NCBI RefSeq assembly: GCF_006345805.1
Contig: NC_042999.1
Location: forward strand, 94,922,001 to 94,986,000
From: Octopus sinensis
Lineage: Eukaryota
DNA: 64,000 bases
Direction of reading: 5' to 3'
Shown here: positions 63,416 through 64,000 of the stretch, piece by piece
How the letters are laid out: each line of letters begins with the position of its first letter
Position numbering within the stretch: position 1 is the stretch's first letter
Notes under the pieces: model-generated
What the model was told of the DNA's origin: nothing
What the model saw: only the letters and a program-made list of their open reading frames with translations
Databases searched by the model: none
Position numbers and translations under genes: made by a program

Positions 63416-63894
63416 TACATATATATATATATATATATATGCGTATAAGCGTGTGTGTACGGGAGTTTCACAGTAGTCAACGAGCAAGTACTCTTTATGC
63501 TGTATCTTATGTCCAGTAGCCTAACTGTGAGACGAAGACCTTATGTACCTGTATGAAATGTGATCTGGGGTCGGTATCATTGAATAAACCATTAAAAGGC
63601 AATGCACTAACAAGGCCAAACTTGTATTATTTCAGCAAAAATTATAGTACTTCATGCTTAGCTGTCCATTACAGTCATGTTTATACTTAAATTTATTATG
63701 TTGACTATTTTACATAATAGTCTTTTTGGTTTTTTTGTTTTTTTCTTTCGCAGAGTCTGCTTTCTTTAACCGGATATTTTTACTTTCATCTTGATCGAAA
63801 TTGCTTCATGATTTCCATTCCGGTTTACATGTGGTTATAACTAATCAAATCTTTCAAGATAATATCATCATCGGTTATTTCCTAGATATTCATA

Positions 63895-63990
63895 TCTCTC
63901 TCTCTCTTTCTTTCTTTCTCTTTCCCTCTCTCTATCTTCCTCTCTCTTTCTCTCGCCTTCTCTCCCTCCCTCTTTCTCTTTCTCTCTTTT
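63895..63990. repeat. (CT)n/(CTTT)n polypyrimidine microsatellite
   Basis: Seen directly. Confidence 0.9.
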
Positions 63991-64000
63991 ATACAATTAA

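Overview
AT-rich eukaryotic, repeat-saturated window with no intact protein-coding gene that I can support. The mix of (TA)n/(CA)n/(TATG)n/(TAG)n/(TAA)n microsatellites, dense tRNA-derived SINEs and decayed transposons looks like intronic or intergenic coleoid cephalopod (Octopus-like) DNA. That taxonomic call is an inference from recognising the repeat families. Almost all ORFs in the supplied track are microsatellite artefacts. Supportable content: three Helitron derivatives with recognisable termini (two carry PIF1-helicase remnants); a full-length dead mariner with TIRs and a TA target site; a Tc1/mariner-like relic with a Helitron nested inside it; a Ty3/Gypsy pol relic; several Penelope-like (PLE) RT/GIY-YIG relics; R4/Dong-like RLE LINE fragments sitting in (TAA)n; L1/Tx1-like relics; more than 20 SINE copies; a fold-back MITE; and a near-identical 1.4 kb tandem duplication. 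The most interesting signals are short dispersed non-coding elements carrying minimal hammerhead-ribozyme motifs with a palindromic (dimer-only) helix III, and an A-B-C-A-B'-C' interleaved inverted repeat beside an RLE LINE 3' end. I do not claim a proven new system. Coordinates of decayed elements are approximate.
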